Positions 1 through 9,250 are shown, counted from the first letter of the stretch. The stretch: DNA of 64,000 nt from Occultella glacieicola (GCF_004353825.1 NZ_SMNA01000009.1:62001-126000), one strand, 5' to 3'. Notes: a model not told the origin generated them from the sequence alone. Numbers and translations are program-made.

Positions 1-2
1 TG

Positions 3-1007
3 CGCTACGCCCGCGACGCCTTCGAAGGGCTGCGCCTGATGGAGCCGCTGGTACGGGTCGCCCGGGGAGAGGCGCGCGACGCCGTCGGGCTCCCCGCGTT
101 GAAGAAGCGGATCCACGCGAGAGTGACGGTGGACGAGACGGCGCCCGAGGACCTGCCGGCCCGTTCGGACGTGAGCCTGACCAACGAGGTTCCCACCCCG
201 CCGTTCTGGGGCACCCGGATCGTCAGGGGAATCAAGCTCGCCGACTACGCCGCGTTCCTCGACGAGCGGGCCACCTTCATGGGGCAGTGGGGGCTCAAGC
301 CGTCCCGCGACGGGGAGGTCTCCTACGAACAGCTCGTCGAGACCGAGGGACGGCCACGGCTGCGCGAGTGGCTCGACCGCATCCAGACCGAGGAGATGTT
401 CGCACCTGCGGTGGTCTACGGGTACTTCCCGGCGGTGTCCGAGGGCGACGACCTGGTGATCCTGCACCACGACGGTCCGGACGGCGGATCCGGGGGTGAG
501 CCGGGCACCGAGCGGGTCCGGTTCACGTTCCCTCGGCAGCGCCGGGACCGGCATCTGTGCCTGGCCGACTTCGTGCGCCCGCGGGAGTCCGGTGAGGTCG
601 ACGTGGTCGGCTTCCAGCTCGTCACCGTGGGCGCGGCCGTCAACGACCATACGGCCCGGCTGTTCGCCGCCAACGCGTACCGGGACTACATGGAGCTGCA
701 CGGACTGTCGGTGCAGCTGACCGAGTCGCTCGCCGAGTTCTGGCACTCCCGGATCCGCGAGGAGCTCGGCTTCTCGGCCGAGGACCCGGACGACGTCGAG
801 GGCATGTTCAAAGTCGCCTACCGGGGGGCTCGGTACTCGCTCGGCTATCCCGCCTGCCCGGACATGGAGGACCGTCGCAAGATCGTGGACCTGCTCCGCG
901 CCGAGCGGATCGGGGTCGAGCTCTCGGAGGAGCTGCAGCTGCACCCCGAACAGTCCACCGACGCCATCGTGTTCCACCACCCCGAGGCGAAGTACTTCTC
1001 CGTCTGA
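3..1007 (+). CDS. metH: Cobalamin-dependent methionine synthase, C-terminal part (5' end outside window)
   Basis: Open frame from the window edge (RYARDAFEGLRLM...). Reactivation-domain motifs FTFPRQRRDRHLCLADF, RYSLGYPACPD and QLHPEQSTDAIVFHHPEAKYF. Confidence 0.95.
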   Translation, partial: RYARDAFEGLRLMEPLVRVARGEARDAVGLPALKKRIHARVTVDETAPEDLPARSDVSLTNEVPTPPFWGTRIVRGIKLADYAAFLDERATFMGQWGLKPSRDGEVSYEQLVETEGRPRLREWLDRIQTEEMFAPAVVYGYFPAVSEGDDLVILHHDGPDGGSGGEPGTERVRFTFPRQRRDRHLCLADFVRPRESGEVDVVGFQLVTVGAAVNDHTARLFAANAYRDYMELHGLSVQLTESLAEFWHSRIREELGFSAEDPDDVEGMFKVAYRGARYSLGYPACPDMEDRRKIVDLLRAERIGVELSEELQLHPEQSTDAIVFHHPEAKYFSV

Positions 1008-1047
1008 CGGGCACCGACCCCGACGGCACTTCGGTCGCCTCTTGCAC

Positions 1048-1089
1048 TATACGTATACATATGCGTATCCTTTGATCGGAGGATACGAT
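1048..1089 (+). promoter_or_regulatory. AT-rich promoter/operator of the EXLDI gene
   Basis: Palindrome TATACGTATA (1048-1057), inverted repeat CGTATCCT-N8-AGGATACG (1064-1087), and -10-like TACGAT (1084-1089) 6 nt before ATG 1096. Confidence 0.55.
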
Positions 1090-1095
1090 GAGCCC

Positions 1096-1614
1096 ATGCC
1101 GAACAAGACGATCTATGTCTCCGACGCCGACCTGCCCCTCTACGAGCGGGCGCAGGAACTCGTCGGGGGCAACCTCTCCCAGGCGATCGTCAAAGCCCTG
1201 CGCCGGTACGTCGACGTCGAGGAGGGCAAGGACGAGGGCTTCGAGGAGATCACCGTCCGGGTCGGCCCCGGTAAGGGGAAGCGCCAACGCTTCCTCGGCG
1301 TGCTGCTCGTCGAGTGGGGCCGGTCCACGAAGGACCGGGTGTACAAGTACAACGTGTATCGCAGCCGGACCGGCAAGTACGTGGTCCACGAGGAACGCTC
1401 GCCCGAACAGATCTGGACCGCCGGCGCCGACGGTCAGGCCAAGGGATGGCGCAAGCACGTCAGCCAGGACCAGGCCTGGGGCACCACGGCTGCCACCGCC
1501 GTCCTCGAGATCTTCGATGACCTGGACGCCCTTCGCCCGAAGGTCCCGGCCCAGCTCTACGAGCTGGTCGCCGCCACCGCCGCACTGCCCGAGGTCGAGG
1601 ACCTCGACATCTGA
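1096..1614 (+). CDS. EXLDI family protein (putative ribbon-helix-helix-like regulator)
   Basis: N-terminus MPNKTIYVSDADLPLYERAQEL...NLSQAI and C-terminal VEDLDI signature. Confidence 0.85.
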   Translation: MPNKTIYVSDADLPLYERAQELVGGNLSQAIVKALRRYVDVEEGKDEGFEEITVRVGPGKGKRQRFLGVLLVEWGRSTKDRVYKYNVYRSRTGKYVVHEERSPEQIWTAGADGQAKGWRKHVSQDQAWGTTAATAVLEIFDDLDALRPKVPAQLYELVAATAALPEVEDLDI

Positions 1615-1646
1615 GTTCGCCGGGGGATAGGCCCCGGCGCACCACC

Positions 1647-1739
1647 CACGCCCGACGGGCGGGCGCGAGCCTGCCCGGCAACGCGCGCACGCCCGACGGG
1701 CGGGCGCGAGCCTGCCCACCCCACCACCTCGCGAGGTGG
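1647..1739. repeat. Two 30-bp direct repeats with internal hairpins plus a palindrome (REP-like)
   Basis: CACGCCCGACGGGCGGGCGCGAGCCTGCCC at 1647-1676 and 1688-1717; palindrome CCACCTCGCGAGGTGG at 1724-1739. Confidence 0.8.
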
Positions 1740-1806
1740 GACGGCCATGCCACCACGACATCCGCCGTCGGCCATCGACGCGCCGGACGAACCAAGGAGA
1801 CCCCAG

Positions 1807-2595
1807 ATGACCACCACCGGTACGGACCGACCCCCCGCCATCCAGGTCAAGGGCCTGGAGAAGTCCTACAAGGACCTGCAGGTGCTCCGTGGCGTCGACC
1901 TCGATGTCGCGCCCGGAAGCATCTTCGCCCTGCTCGGCTCGAACGGGGCGGGCAAGACCACGATCGTGCGGATCCTCGCCACCCTGCTGCGCGGGGATGC
2001 CGGGACCGCGACGGTCAACGGCTTCGACCTCACCACGCAGGCGGCCCGGGTCCGGGAGTCGATCAGCCTGACCGGGCAGTTCGCCGCCGTGGACGAGGTC
2101 CTCACCGGGCGCGAGAACCTGGTCCTCGTGGCCCGGCTGCGGCACCTGCCGAACCCGGGCGCGGTGGCCGACGACCTGCTCGCCCGGTTCGACCTCACCG
2201 ACGCCGGAGCCCGGCGTACGGCCACGTACTCCGGCGGCATGCGCCGGCGGCTGGACATCGCGATGAGCCTGATCGGGAGCCCGTCGGTGGTCTTCCTGGA
2301 CGAACCCACCACCGGACTCGACCCCCAGGCGCGCAACGACATGTGGCGGATCGTCCGGGAACTCGCCGACGACGGCACCACCGTGCTGCTCACCACCCAG
2401 TACCTCGAGGAGGCCGAGAAGCTGGCCGACCGGATCGCCATCCTGCACGGCGGCCGCATCATCGCGGACGGCACGCTCGCCGAGATCAAGGCGCTCGTGC
2501 CGCCCGCCGAGATCGAGTACGTCGAGAAACAACCCACGCTCGAGGACGTCTTCCTCGCCATCGTCGGCAGCGACACCACCAAGGAGATCTCATGA
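1807..2595 (+). CDS. ABC-2 type exporter ATP-binding protein (DrrA-like, short)
   Basis: Walker A GSNGAGKT, signature YSGGM, Walker B VFLDEPT; SD AAGGAG upstream. Confidence 0.93.
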   Translation: MTTTGTDRPPAIQVKGLEKSYKDLQVLRGVDLDVAPGSIFALLGSNGAGKTTIVRILATLLRGDAGTATVNGFDLTTQAARVRESISLTGQFAAVDEVLTGRENLVLVARLRHLPNPGAVADDLLARFDLTDAGARRTATYSGGMRRRLDIAMSLIGSPSVVFLDEPTTGLDPQARNDMWRIVRELADDGTTVLLTTQYLEEAEKLADRIAILHGGRIIADGTLAEIKALVPPAEIEYVEKQPTLEDVFLAIVGSDTTKEIS

Positions 2596-3356
2596 CCGCA
2601 CATGCCCTCACCGACGCGTCGATCCTGGTCGGCCGGTCGATGCGGCACATCACGCGCAGCGTCGACACGATCATCACCGTCACGATCACGCCGATCGCGA
2701 TGATGCTGCTGTTCGTCTACGTCCTCGGCGGCGCCATCGAGACCGGGGCCGGCCGGTACGTCGACTACCTGCTGCCCGGGATCCTGCTGATCACGATCGC
2801 GTCGGGCATCGCCTACACGGCCGTGCGACTGTTCAACGACATGAGCAGCGGGATCTTCGAACGGTTCCACTCGATGCCGATCGCGCGCTCCTCGGTGCTG
2901 TGGGCGCACGTGCTGACCTCGCTGGTCTCCAACGGGCTCTCGCTCGCGATCGTGGTGCTCGTGGCGCTCGTCATGGGCTTCCGGTCGCCGGCCGGGCTGC
3001 TCGCCTGGCTCGCGGTGGCCGGCATCCTGGCGCTGTTCACCCTCGCGCTCACCTGGCTCGCGGTGCTCGCCGCACTGACGGCGAAGACGGCGGAGGGTGC
3101 CACCGCGTTCTCCTATCCGCTCATCTTCCTGCCGTTCATCAGTTCGGCGTTCGTCCCGACGGACAGCATGCCCGGGCCCGTGCGCTGGTTCGCCGAGAAC
3201 CAGCCGGTCACCTCGATCGTGAACACGATCCGGGATCTGCTCGCCGGGCACCCGGTCGACGGCGACATCTGGATCGCGCTCGGCTGGTGCGTGGGGATCC
3301 TGGTGGTCGGCTATGTGCTCTCGATGGTGGCGTACCGGCGCAAGGTCGCCTCGTAG
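2592..3356 (+). CDS. ABC-2 type exporter permease
   Basis: About six hydrophobic segments, motifs GIFERFHSMPI and SSAFVPTDSMP; ATGA overlap with the ATPase gene. Confidence 0.92.
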   Translation: MTAHALTDASILVGRSMRHITRSVDTIITVTITPIAMMLLFVYVLGGAIETGAGRYVDYLLPGILLITIASGIAYTAVRLFNDMSSGIFERFHSMPIARSSVLWAHVLTSLVSNGLSLAIVVLVALVMGFRSPAGLLAWLAVAGILALFTLALTWLAVLAALTAKTAEGATAFSYPLIFLPFISSAFVPTDSMPGPVRWFAENQPVTSIVNTIRDLLAGHPVDGDIWIALGWCVGILVVGYVLSMVAYRRKVAS

Positions 3357-3358
3357 GC

Positions 3359-3904
3359 TCAGTTCGCCAGGCCCTCGATGAGCTCGACGCCGGGCATGGC
3401 CGCGAGGACCTCGCCCGGCAGCACGATCTTGGATCGGCGCAGGCCGCTGCCGATGATCGCGGTACCGGTGCCGACCGCCGGGTCCAGGAGGATCCGGTGG
3501 TCGGCGGGCAACCCGATCGGCGTGATCCCGCCGTACTCCATGCCGGAGTCGGCCACGGCCCGGTCCATCGGCAGGAACGACGCCTTGCGCACGTCCAGCA
3601 GCCGTTTGATCACGTTGTTCACGTCCGCGCGTGCGGTCGCCCGCACGACGGCCGCGGCGATCCGCTCCTCGCCGGCCCGTCGCCCCGCGACGAGCACGCA
3701 GTTCGCGGAGGCCGCCAGGGGCAGGTCGTAGGCCTCGGTCATCTCTGCGGTGTCGGCGCATCCGGGGTCGATCTCGGTGACCAGAACCTGCCCGACGGCG
3801 TCCGGCGCCTGCCGTGCCCACGTCGCCAGGGCGTCGCGGACGGGGTCGGCGAGCAGGTCCGGGTGATCCAGGGCCGGGGCCCAGTCCAGGGTGCCGAACC
3901 GCAT
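3359..3904 (-). CDS. YbaK/EbsC family aminoacyl-tRNA editing-domain protein
   Basis: Motifs SANCVLVAG, GMEYGGITPIGLP and IGSGLRRSK. Confidence 0.88.
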   Translation of the reverse strand: MRFGTLDWAPALDHPDLLADPVRDALATWARQAPDAVGQVLVTEIDPGCADTAEMTEAYDLPLAASANCVLVAGRRAGEERIAAAVVRATARADVNNVIKRLLDVRKASFLPMDRAVADSGMEYGGITPIGLPADHRILLDPAVGTGTAIIGSGLRRSKIVLPGEVLAAMPGVELIEGLAN

Positions 3905-4431
3905 CAGCGCTCGAACGTCGGGGTGATCACGGCGCGGGCGAGCGTGTGGAACAGGGCGACGAAGGAGAACTTCGTAGCGCTCTCCTCGTGGGAGAGTTCC
4001 AGGGTCTCGACGTCGAGGGCGTGGACCGCGAACGCGTAGCGGTGCGGGCCGTCGCCGGGCGGTGGCGCGGCACCCTCGTAGGCGAACGCCCCGCCGTCGG
4101 TGCGGGCATGGAAGGCCGCCCCGGGTAGGGTGAGGTCGCTCTCGCCCCAGCCCTGCTCCATCTCGGTGACGCTCACGTCGAGGTCGGCGACGGTCCAGTG
4201 CCAGTAGCCGGACGGGGTCGGCGCGTCCGGGTCGAAGCAAGTGAGCAGGAAACTCTGGGTCTGCGGCGGGAACCCGGACCAGCTCAGCTGGGGGGACACG
4301 TTGCCGCCGGTCAGCGAGTGCAGCGCAGGCAGGGGAGTGCCGTCGGCGATGTCGGTGCTGGTCACGGTGAACGTGCCGGTGCTGGGCATGGCGTCATAGG
4401 GGGCGGGGGCGACGGGGCGCTGCAGGTCCAT
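3904..4431 (-). CDS. YbhB/YbcL (PEBP, Raf kinase inhibitor-like) protein
   Basis: Motifs NVSPQLSW, DPDAPTPSGYWHW and PPPGDGPHRY. Confidence 0.92.
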   Translation of the reverse strand: MDLQRPVAPAPYDAMPSTGTFTVTSTDIADGTPLPALHSLTGGNVSPQLSWSGFPPQTQSFLLTCFDPDAPTPSGYWHWTVADLDVSVTEMEQGWGESDLTLPGAAFHARTDGGAFAYEGAAPPPGDGPHRYAFAVHALDVETLELSHEESATKFSFVALFHTLARAVITPTFER

Positions 4432-4567
4432 GTCATCTCCTTGCGGCTGGTCGAGCCGGTCGTTCCTCCGGCTTCGTTCCTAACCTACGTCCACTGCGGG
4501 TTCGGGGCCGCCAGGGCACGCGCGCGTCTCGTGGCCACTCCCGATCGCGCTCATCTTGCTACAGTAT

Positions 4568-4583
4568 TAGAACCGACGTTCGA
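4568..4583 (+). promoter_or_regulatory. LexA (SOS) box upstream of imuA'
   Basis: TAGAAC-CGAC-GTTCGA versus the actinobacterial consensus TCGAAC-N4-GTTCGA. Confidence 0.85.
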
Positions 4584-4584
4584 A

Positions 4585-4606
4585 TGTCGGTGGTGGCTTC
4601 TAGCGT
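4585..4606 (+). promoter_or_regulatory. PafBC-dependent (RecA-NDp-type) promoter of imuA'
   Basis: TGTCGG-TGGTGGCTTC-TAGCGT is an exact match to TGTCGG-N10-TA-N3-T. Confidence 0.8.
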
Positions 4607-4628
4607 GATGGACGTGGGAGGAGGAACG

Positions 4629-5423
4629 ATGGCGACCACGTCGAAGTTGGAGGATGCGCGGCGGGCGTTGGCGGCCGCGGAGACCGCTGCCGGGCTGCGG
4701 ACCCAACTGCACGGGCCAACGGTTCGTGCGGTACCCGGCCCGTCCCCCACGCCCCCACCTCCCGCGCCCGCTCTCGATACCGAACGGGTGCTGCCCGTGC
4801 CGCCCGCGCTGGCGCCGTTGTTCCCCTACGGCGGGATCCGCCGCGGCACCGGGGTGCAGGTGACCGGGTCCACCTCGCTGCTGCTGCGACTCGCGGCCGC
4901 GGCCGGCGGGGCCGGTGCGTGGTGTGCGGTGGTGGCGCTGCCGGACGTGGGACTCGCGGCTGCTGCCGAGGCCGGCCTGCCCCTGGACCGGGTGGTCGTG
5001 GTGCCCCGGCCCGGCCCGGACTCCCCGTCGGTGGTGGGCGCCCTCGTGGACGGGTTCGACGTGCTGGTGCTGGGGGACTGCACGGCGTTGGCCGACCGGG
5101 ACCGGCGGCTGCTCGCCTCCCGGGCCCGGACCAGGGGGTCGGTGCTGCTGACCACCACGCCGTGGCCGGGATCGGAGCTCGTGCTCGACGCCGGGGACCG
5201 GGTGTGGCGTGGCGTCGGGCGTGGCGCCGGGGTGCTGCGCACCGAGGAGATCACGGTCGTGGCGTACGGGCGGGGGGTCGCGGCGGCGCGTCCGGTGCGG
5301 ATCCGGATCGGTCCGGGTGGGGTGGAGACCGCGGCGCCCGAGGTGCCCGCCATGGAGGGCCCGACGGCGGAACGTGAGTTCGTCGTGCCGGTCGCCGAAC
5401 GCTCGTTGGCGCAGGTCGGCTGA
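4629..5423 (+). CDS. imuA: ImuA'-like mutasome accessory protein
   Basis: RecA-like actinobacterial ImuA' motifs (LPVPPALAPLFP.GGIRRG, WCAVVALPDVGLAAAAEAG); SD GGAGGAGG; SOS box upstream; coupled to imuB. Confidence 0.85.
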   Translation: MATTSKLEDARRALAAAETAAGLRTQLHGPTVRAVPGPSPTPPPPAPALDTERVLPVPPALAPLFPYGGIRRGTGVQVTGSTSLLLRLAAAAGGAGAWCAVVALPDVGLAAAAEAGLPLDRVVVVPRPGPDSPSVVGALVDGFDVLVLGDCTALADRDRRLLASRARTRGSVLLTTTPWPGSELVLDAGDRVWRGVGRGAGVLRTEEITVVAYGRGVAAARPVRIRIGPGGVETAAPEVPAMEGPTAEREFVVPVAERSLAQVG

Positions 5424-7171
5424 TGGGCGCCGCAGAGCAGTTGCCGCCCCCGGTTGCCGGTGACGGGGCATGGCCGGCCGGGACCGTCCCGGACGGCGCA
5501 CCGCTCGCCGAGTCCGCCACCCGGCTCGCGGTGCTGTGGGTCCCGGACTGGCCGATCGCCGCCGCCGTCGCCGAGGGGCTGATCGGTGCCCACCACCGCG
5601 CGGTGCTCCACGACGGGCGGGGGGTGACGGCCGTCTCCGCGATGGCGCGTGCCCAGGGGGTCCGGCGTGGGATGCGTCGGCGCACGGCCCAGGGGCTGTG
5701 CCCGGACCTCGTGCTGCTGGCTGCGGACGAGGCGCGGGACGTGCGCGCGTTCGAGCCGCTCGTGCAGGGCGTGGAGGAGGTGGTGCCGCACGTGCAGGTG
5801 ATGCGGCCCGGGGTGGTCGCCGTGGGCGCCCGGGGCCCGAGCCGGTACCTGGGGTCGGAGGAGGCGGTGGCCGAGGCACTCGTCGGAGCGGTCGCGCAGG
5901 CGAGCGGGGCCGAGGCCCAGGTGGGGATCGCGGACGGCCTGCTCGCGGCCCTGCTGGCGGCCCGCACCTCCACGGTGGTGCCTCCGGGGCGGTCGGCCCG
6001 GTTCCTGGCCCCCCGGGACGTGCGTGACCTCATCTACATCACCACCACGCGGCAGTCCCGGGCCGCCTACACCGACCTGGTGGACCTGCTGCGCCGGCTG
6101 GGGCTGAGCACCCTGGGTGATCTCGCGGCGATGCGCACGGCCCACGTGCTGCCCAGGTTCGGCGAGCTCGGGGTACAGGCGCAACGACTGGCCAGGGGCC
6201 TGGACGCCTACCCGCCGCAGATGCATCGCCCCGAACCGGACATCACCACCCACGCCGAACTGGATCCACCGGCGCAGCGCATCGACACGGCCGCCTTCGC
6301 CGCGCGTCGGCTGGCCGAGGAACTGCAGAGCAGGATGGTTCGACGCGGGGTGGTGTGCGCTCGGCTGCGGGTCTCGGCCCGGGCGGACAACGGCGCCGAA
6401 CTGGTCCGCACCTGGCGCATCGACGGGGCACTGACCGCCACCGAGTTGACCGACCGGGTGCGATGGCAGCTGGAGGGTTGGCTCAGTGGCCGCAGCGGAC
6501 GCCCACCGAGCGCCCCGCTGACCCACCTGGAGCTGGCCGCCGAGGAGATCAGTCCGGCGGCCGCCGTCCAGGACGGGCTGTGGGGGCGGGTCGGGCGCGG
6601 TCAGGTGCAGGCCGACCGGGCCGTGCTGCGGGTGCAGGGGCTGATCGGAGCGGAAGGGGTGCTGTCCCCGGTGCTGGAGGGCGGGCGGTCACCCCGGGAC
6701 CGGGTGCGCCTGGTGGCCTGGGGGGACGAGTTGCGCCCGCTGCGCGATCCCGACGCGCCGTGGCCCGGGCAGATCCCGCGGCCGCTGCCCGCCACCGTGC
6801 CCGCCGAGCCGGTGCCGGCCCGGCTCGTGGACGCCCAGGGGGATCCGGTGCGGGTGGGCCGGCGCGGCGAACTCGAGGGCGATCCCGCCCTGGTGGACGT
6901 GCGCCGCCGCCCGTCCCGGCCGGCAGAGCCCGGAACACGTGGCGCGGGTTCTGCCCATCAGGCCCCGGGACCAGCAGGACCAGCACGGCGCGCCGGGCCG
7001 ACGGGACTCACCGGGCAGACCATCACCGGATGGGCCGGGCCATGGCCGGTGCACGAGCGGTGGTGGTCCGGCACCGAGCCACGTACGTACCTGCAAGTGG
7101 TCACCGAGGGAGGTGCCCTGCTGCTGGCGGGGGAGGGCGGCCGGTGGTGGGTCGAAGGAGTCTATGACTGA
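5423..7171 (+). CDS. imuB: ImuB, catalytically inactive Y-family polymerase
   Basis: LWVPDWP in place of the catalytic HxDxD motif; GVRRGMRRRTAQ; C-terminal WAGPWPVHERWW...EGVYD. Confidence 0.92.
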   Translation: MGAAEQLPPPVAGDGAWPAGTVPDGAPLAESATRLAVLWVPDWPIAAAVAEGLIGAHHRAVLHDGRGVTAVSAMARAQGVRRGMRRRTAQGLCPDLVLLAADEARDVRAFEPLVQGVEEVVPHVQVMRPGVVAVGARGPSRYLGSEEAVAEALVGAVAQASGAEAQVGIADGLLAALLAARTSTVVPPGRSARFLAPRDVRDLIYITTTRQSRAAYTDLVDLLRRLGLSTLGDLAAMRTAHVLPRFGELGVQAQRLARGLDAYPPQMHRPEPDITTHAELDPPAQRIDTAAFAARRLAEELQSRMVRRGVVCARLRVSARADNGAELVRTWRIDGALTATELTDRVRWQLEGWLSGRSGRPPSAPLTHLELAAEEISPAAAVQDGLWGRVGRGQVQADRAVLRVQGLIGAEGVLSPVLEGGRSPRDRVRLVAWGDELRPLRDPDAPWPGQIPRPLPATVPAEPVPARLVDAQGDPVRVGRRGELEGDPALVDVRRRPSRPAEPGTRGAGSAHQAPGPAGPARRAGPTGLTGQTITGWAGPWPVHERWWSGTEPRTYLQVVTEGGALLLAGEGGRWWVEGVYD

Positions 7172-7251
7172 CCGCGGTCGGCGCACCGCACGCCCGCCCA
7201 GGTGATCCCGTCGCAGACGGTCGACGCGCGGCGTGCGCCGCGGTCGTGAGG

Positions 7252-7414
7252 GTGCTGAAGTGGCTGCCACTTCGACACTCTCGGCGTCGGTCGACGCTTC
7301 CGCGGAAGCGTTCGACGGTCGCGGCGCTACGCCGCTCGGTCCTCGCGCTTGTGGGAGTGCTGAAGTGGCTGCCACTTCGACACTCTCAGTGTCGGCAACG
7401 CTTCCGCGGAAGCG
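7252..7414. repeat. Two ~58-bp direct repeats, each made of two palindromes (REP/BIME-like)
   Basis: GTGCTGAAGTGGCTGCCACTTCGACACTCTC-N10/11-ACGCTTCCGCGGAAGCG at 7252-7310 and 7357-7414, between convergent genes. Confidence 0.85.
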
Positions 7415-7459
7415 GTGGGCGGCCCTGCCTGGAGGCGGGTGACGACCGCGGACCAGCCG

Positions 7460-7912
7460 TCAGCGACGCGGTCGGATCCGCACGAGCGGCATCCGCTCGG
7501 TGATGTCCTCGGGCAGCGGACCGTCGACGGTGAAGCCCTCGATCTCGAGGCCGGTGGCCAGGGCCCGCACCGTGCCGGGGTGCCGCGTGCGGTAGTCGTC
7601 CAGCACGGCCAGTCCCTCCGCCCGGGGGAGGATCGTGGCGAGGGCTCCCACTCCGCGCCCCCAGCCGGACCACATCCGCACCCGGGGGTCGGCCTTGACG
7701 TTACGTAGCCACTGGGAGGACCAGCCGTACCCGGAGATGACGTAGACGTCGTCGCCGTCGATCTTGATCGTCTCCAGGACCACCTCCCGGATCAGCCCGC
7801 TCGTGCGCCCGCGATGCTCGATCATGACGAGCCGCTTGGTGAGCAGGCCACCGATGCCGAGACGGAAGACGGGGATCGGGGCACGTGCCAGCCAGCGGGG
7901 AATCTTGCGCAT
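7460..7912 (-). CDS. Deazaflavin (F420)-dependent nitroreductase family protein (Ddn-like)
   Basis: Motifs IEHRGRTSGLIR.VVLE and SQWLRNVKADPRV. Confidence 0.85.
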   Translation of the reverse strand: MRKIPRWLARAPIPVFRLGIGGLLTKRLVMIEHRGRTSGLIREVVLETIKIDGDDVYVISGYGWSSQWLRNVKADPRVRMWSGWGRGVGALATILPRAEGLAVLDDYRTRHPGTVRALATGLEIEGFTVDGPLPEDITERMPLVRIRPRR

Positions 7913-7973
7913 AACTCAGCCTAGGCATGAAAGCGCGATGAGAGCAGGTCGGGCGATCGTCGACCTCGCGGCG

Positions 7974-8456
7974 TCAGCGCCCCGGGTGGAACTCCACCGA
8001 CTGCACGGAGGCCATCGCCTCCTGGAAGCGGGGCAGGGTCATCCGGCGCTCGGCCTCCGCCTCGTCGACGTCGGCCACGTGCTGGTGGATCCAGTACAGG
8101 TTGCCGAACGGGTCCGCGATCCTGCTGATCCGATCGCCCCAGGACATCTCGGTCGGCTCGGTGACCACCCGCGCACCGGCTGCGATGGCCCGGCGGTGCA
8201 CGGCGGCGTCGTCCGGCACATAGAAGCGCAGGAAGCAGGGGGTCGGCGGCCAGTCGGGTGGGGAGTCGAACATCATGATGACGGAGTCGCCGATCTGCAC
8301 CTCGGCATGCCCGATGACGCCGTCGACCTCCATGCGGCCGCGTTCGGTGGCCTCGAAGACCTCCACCAGGAAGTCGATCACCTCGGCCGTGCGCGCGTTG
8401 ATCAACCACGGATTCACGGACTGGTAGCCGTCGGGGACGGTGGTGGGTGCGGTCAT
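7974..8456 (-). CDS. VOC/glyoxalase family protein (PhnB-like)
   Basis: Motifs HAEVQIGDSVIMM and WGDR...IADPFGNLYWI; SD GAGGAGG. Confidence 0.9.
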   Translation of the reverse strand: MTAPTTVPDGYQSVNPWLINARTAEVIDFLVEVFEATERGRMEVDGVIGHAEVQIGDSVIMMFDSPPDWPPTPCFLRFYVPDDAAVHRRAIAAGARVVTEPTEMSWGDRISRIADPFGNLYWIHQHVADVDEAEAERRMTLPRFQEAMASVQSVEFHPGR

Positions 8457-8549
8457 GATGGCCTCCTCGCTCGATCGACAACGTGCCGACCACGCTAGGG
8501 GCGGTACAGGTCAGCACCTGGCCGCTACCAACAGCGCGAGGCGCCCCGA

Positions 8550-8564
8550 TCTGCTCACGGCAGA
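8550..8564 (+). promoter_or_regulatory. PopR/ClgR-type operator upstream of the clpP pair
   Basis: TCTGCT-CAC-GGCAGA versus the Streptomyces PopR site TCTGCC-N3-GGCAGA. Confidence 0.7.
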
Positions 8565-8644
8565 TCCGCCGTCGGGCGCATCGACCCCGACCGACCCGTC
8601 GAGCGGCGCACGCTGAGTGGACCAACCCACGAAGGGAGCCCGCC

Positions 8645-9250
8645 ATGTCCGAACGGACCCGACTCGACGACCGCCTGGCGGACGGTCTGATGCAGAACCG
8701 CGTCATCGCCATCGGCACCGAGGTGGAGGACGATGTCGCGACCCGGATCACCAGTCAACTCCTGCTGCTGTCCGCCCAGGACCCGAAGGCGGACATCACC
8801 CTGCTCATCAACTCACCGGGCGGCTCGGTCTCGGCCGGGCTCGCGATGTACGACACGATGCGGCTGATCCCCAACGACGTCGCCACCCTCGCGATGGGCC
8901 TGGCGGCGAGCATGGGGCAGTTCCTGCTCTCCGCCGGCACCCCGGGCAAGCGGTTCGCCCTGCCACACGCACGGATCCTGATGCACCAGGGGTCCGCCGG
9001 GCTGCAGGGCACCGCCGTGGACATCGCGATCCAGGCGGAGAACCTGGAGCACACGCGCTCGGTGATGCTCTCCCTGATCGCCGAGCACACCGGGCAGCCG
9101 CTGGCGCGGATCGAGGCCGATTCCGACCGGGACCGGTGGTTCACCGCCCAGGAGGCCCTCGAGTACGGCTTCGTCGATGCGATCGTGACCGAACTCAGCG
9201 ATGTGATGCCGGTGCGGACCCGCCGCGCCGGCCTGGGAGGGCAGTTGTGA
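8645..9250 (+). CDS. clpP: ATP-dependent Clp protease proteolytic subunit (ClpP3-like paralogue)
   Basis: INSPGGSV, catalytic Ser in AASMG, His in MHQG, Asp in DRDRWF. Confidence 0.93.
   Translation: MSERTRLDDRLADGLMQNRVIAIGTEVEDDVATRITSQLLLLSAQDPKADITLLINSPGGSVSAGLAMYDTMRLIPNDVATLAMGLAASMGQFLLSAGTPGKRFALPHARILMHQGSAGLQGTAVDIAIQAENLEHTRSVMLSLIAEHTGQPLARIEADSDRDRWFTAQEALEYGFVDAIVTELSDVMPVRTRRAGLGGQL

Noticed and set aside
7252..7414. Possible CRISPR array
   Set aside because: Only two units, too long and doubly palindromic, with no leader and no cas genes in the window.
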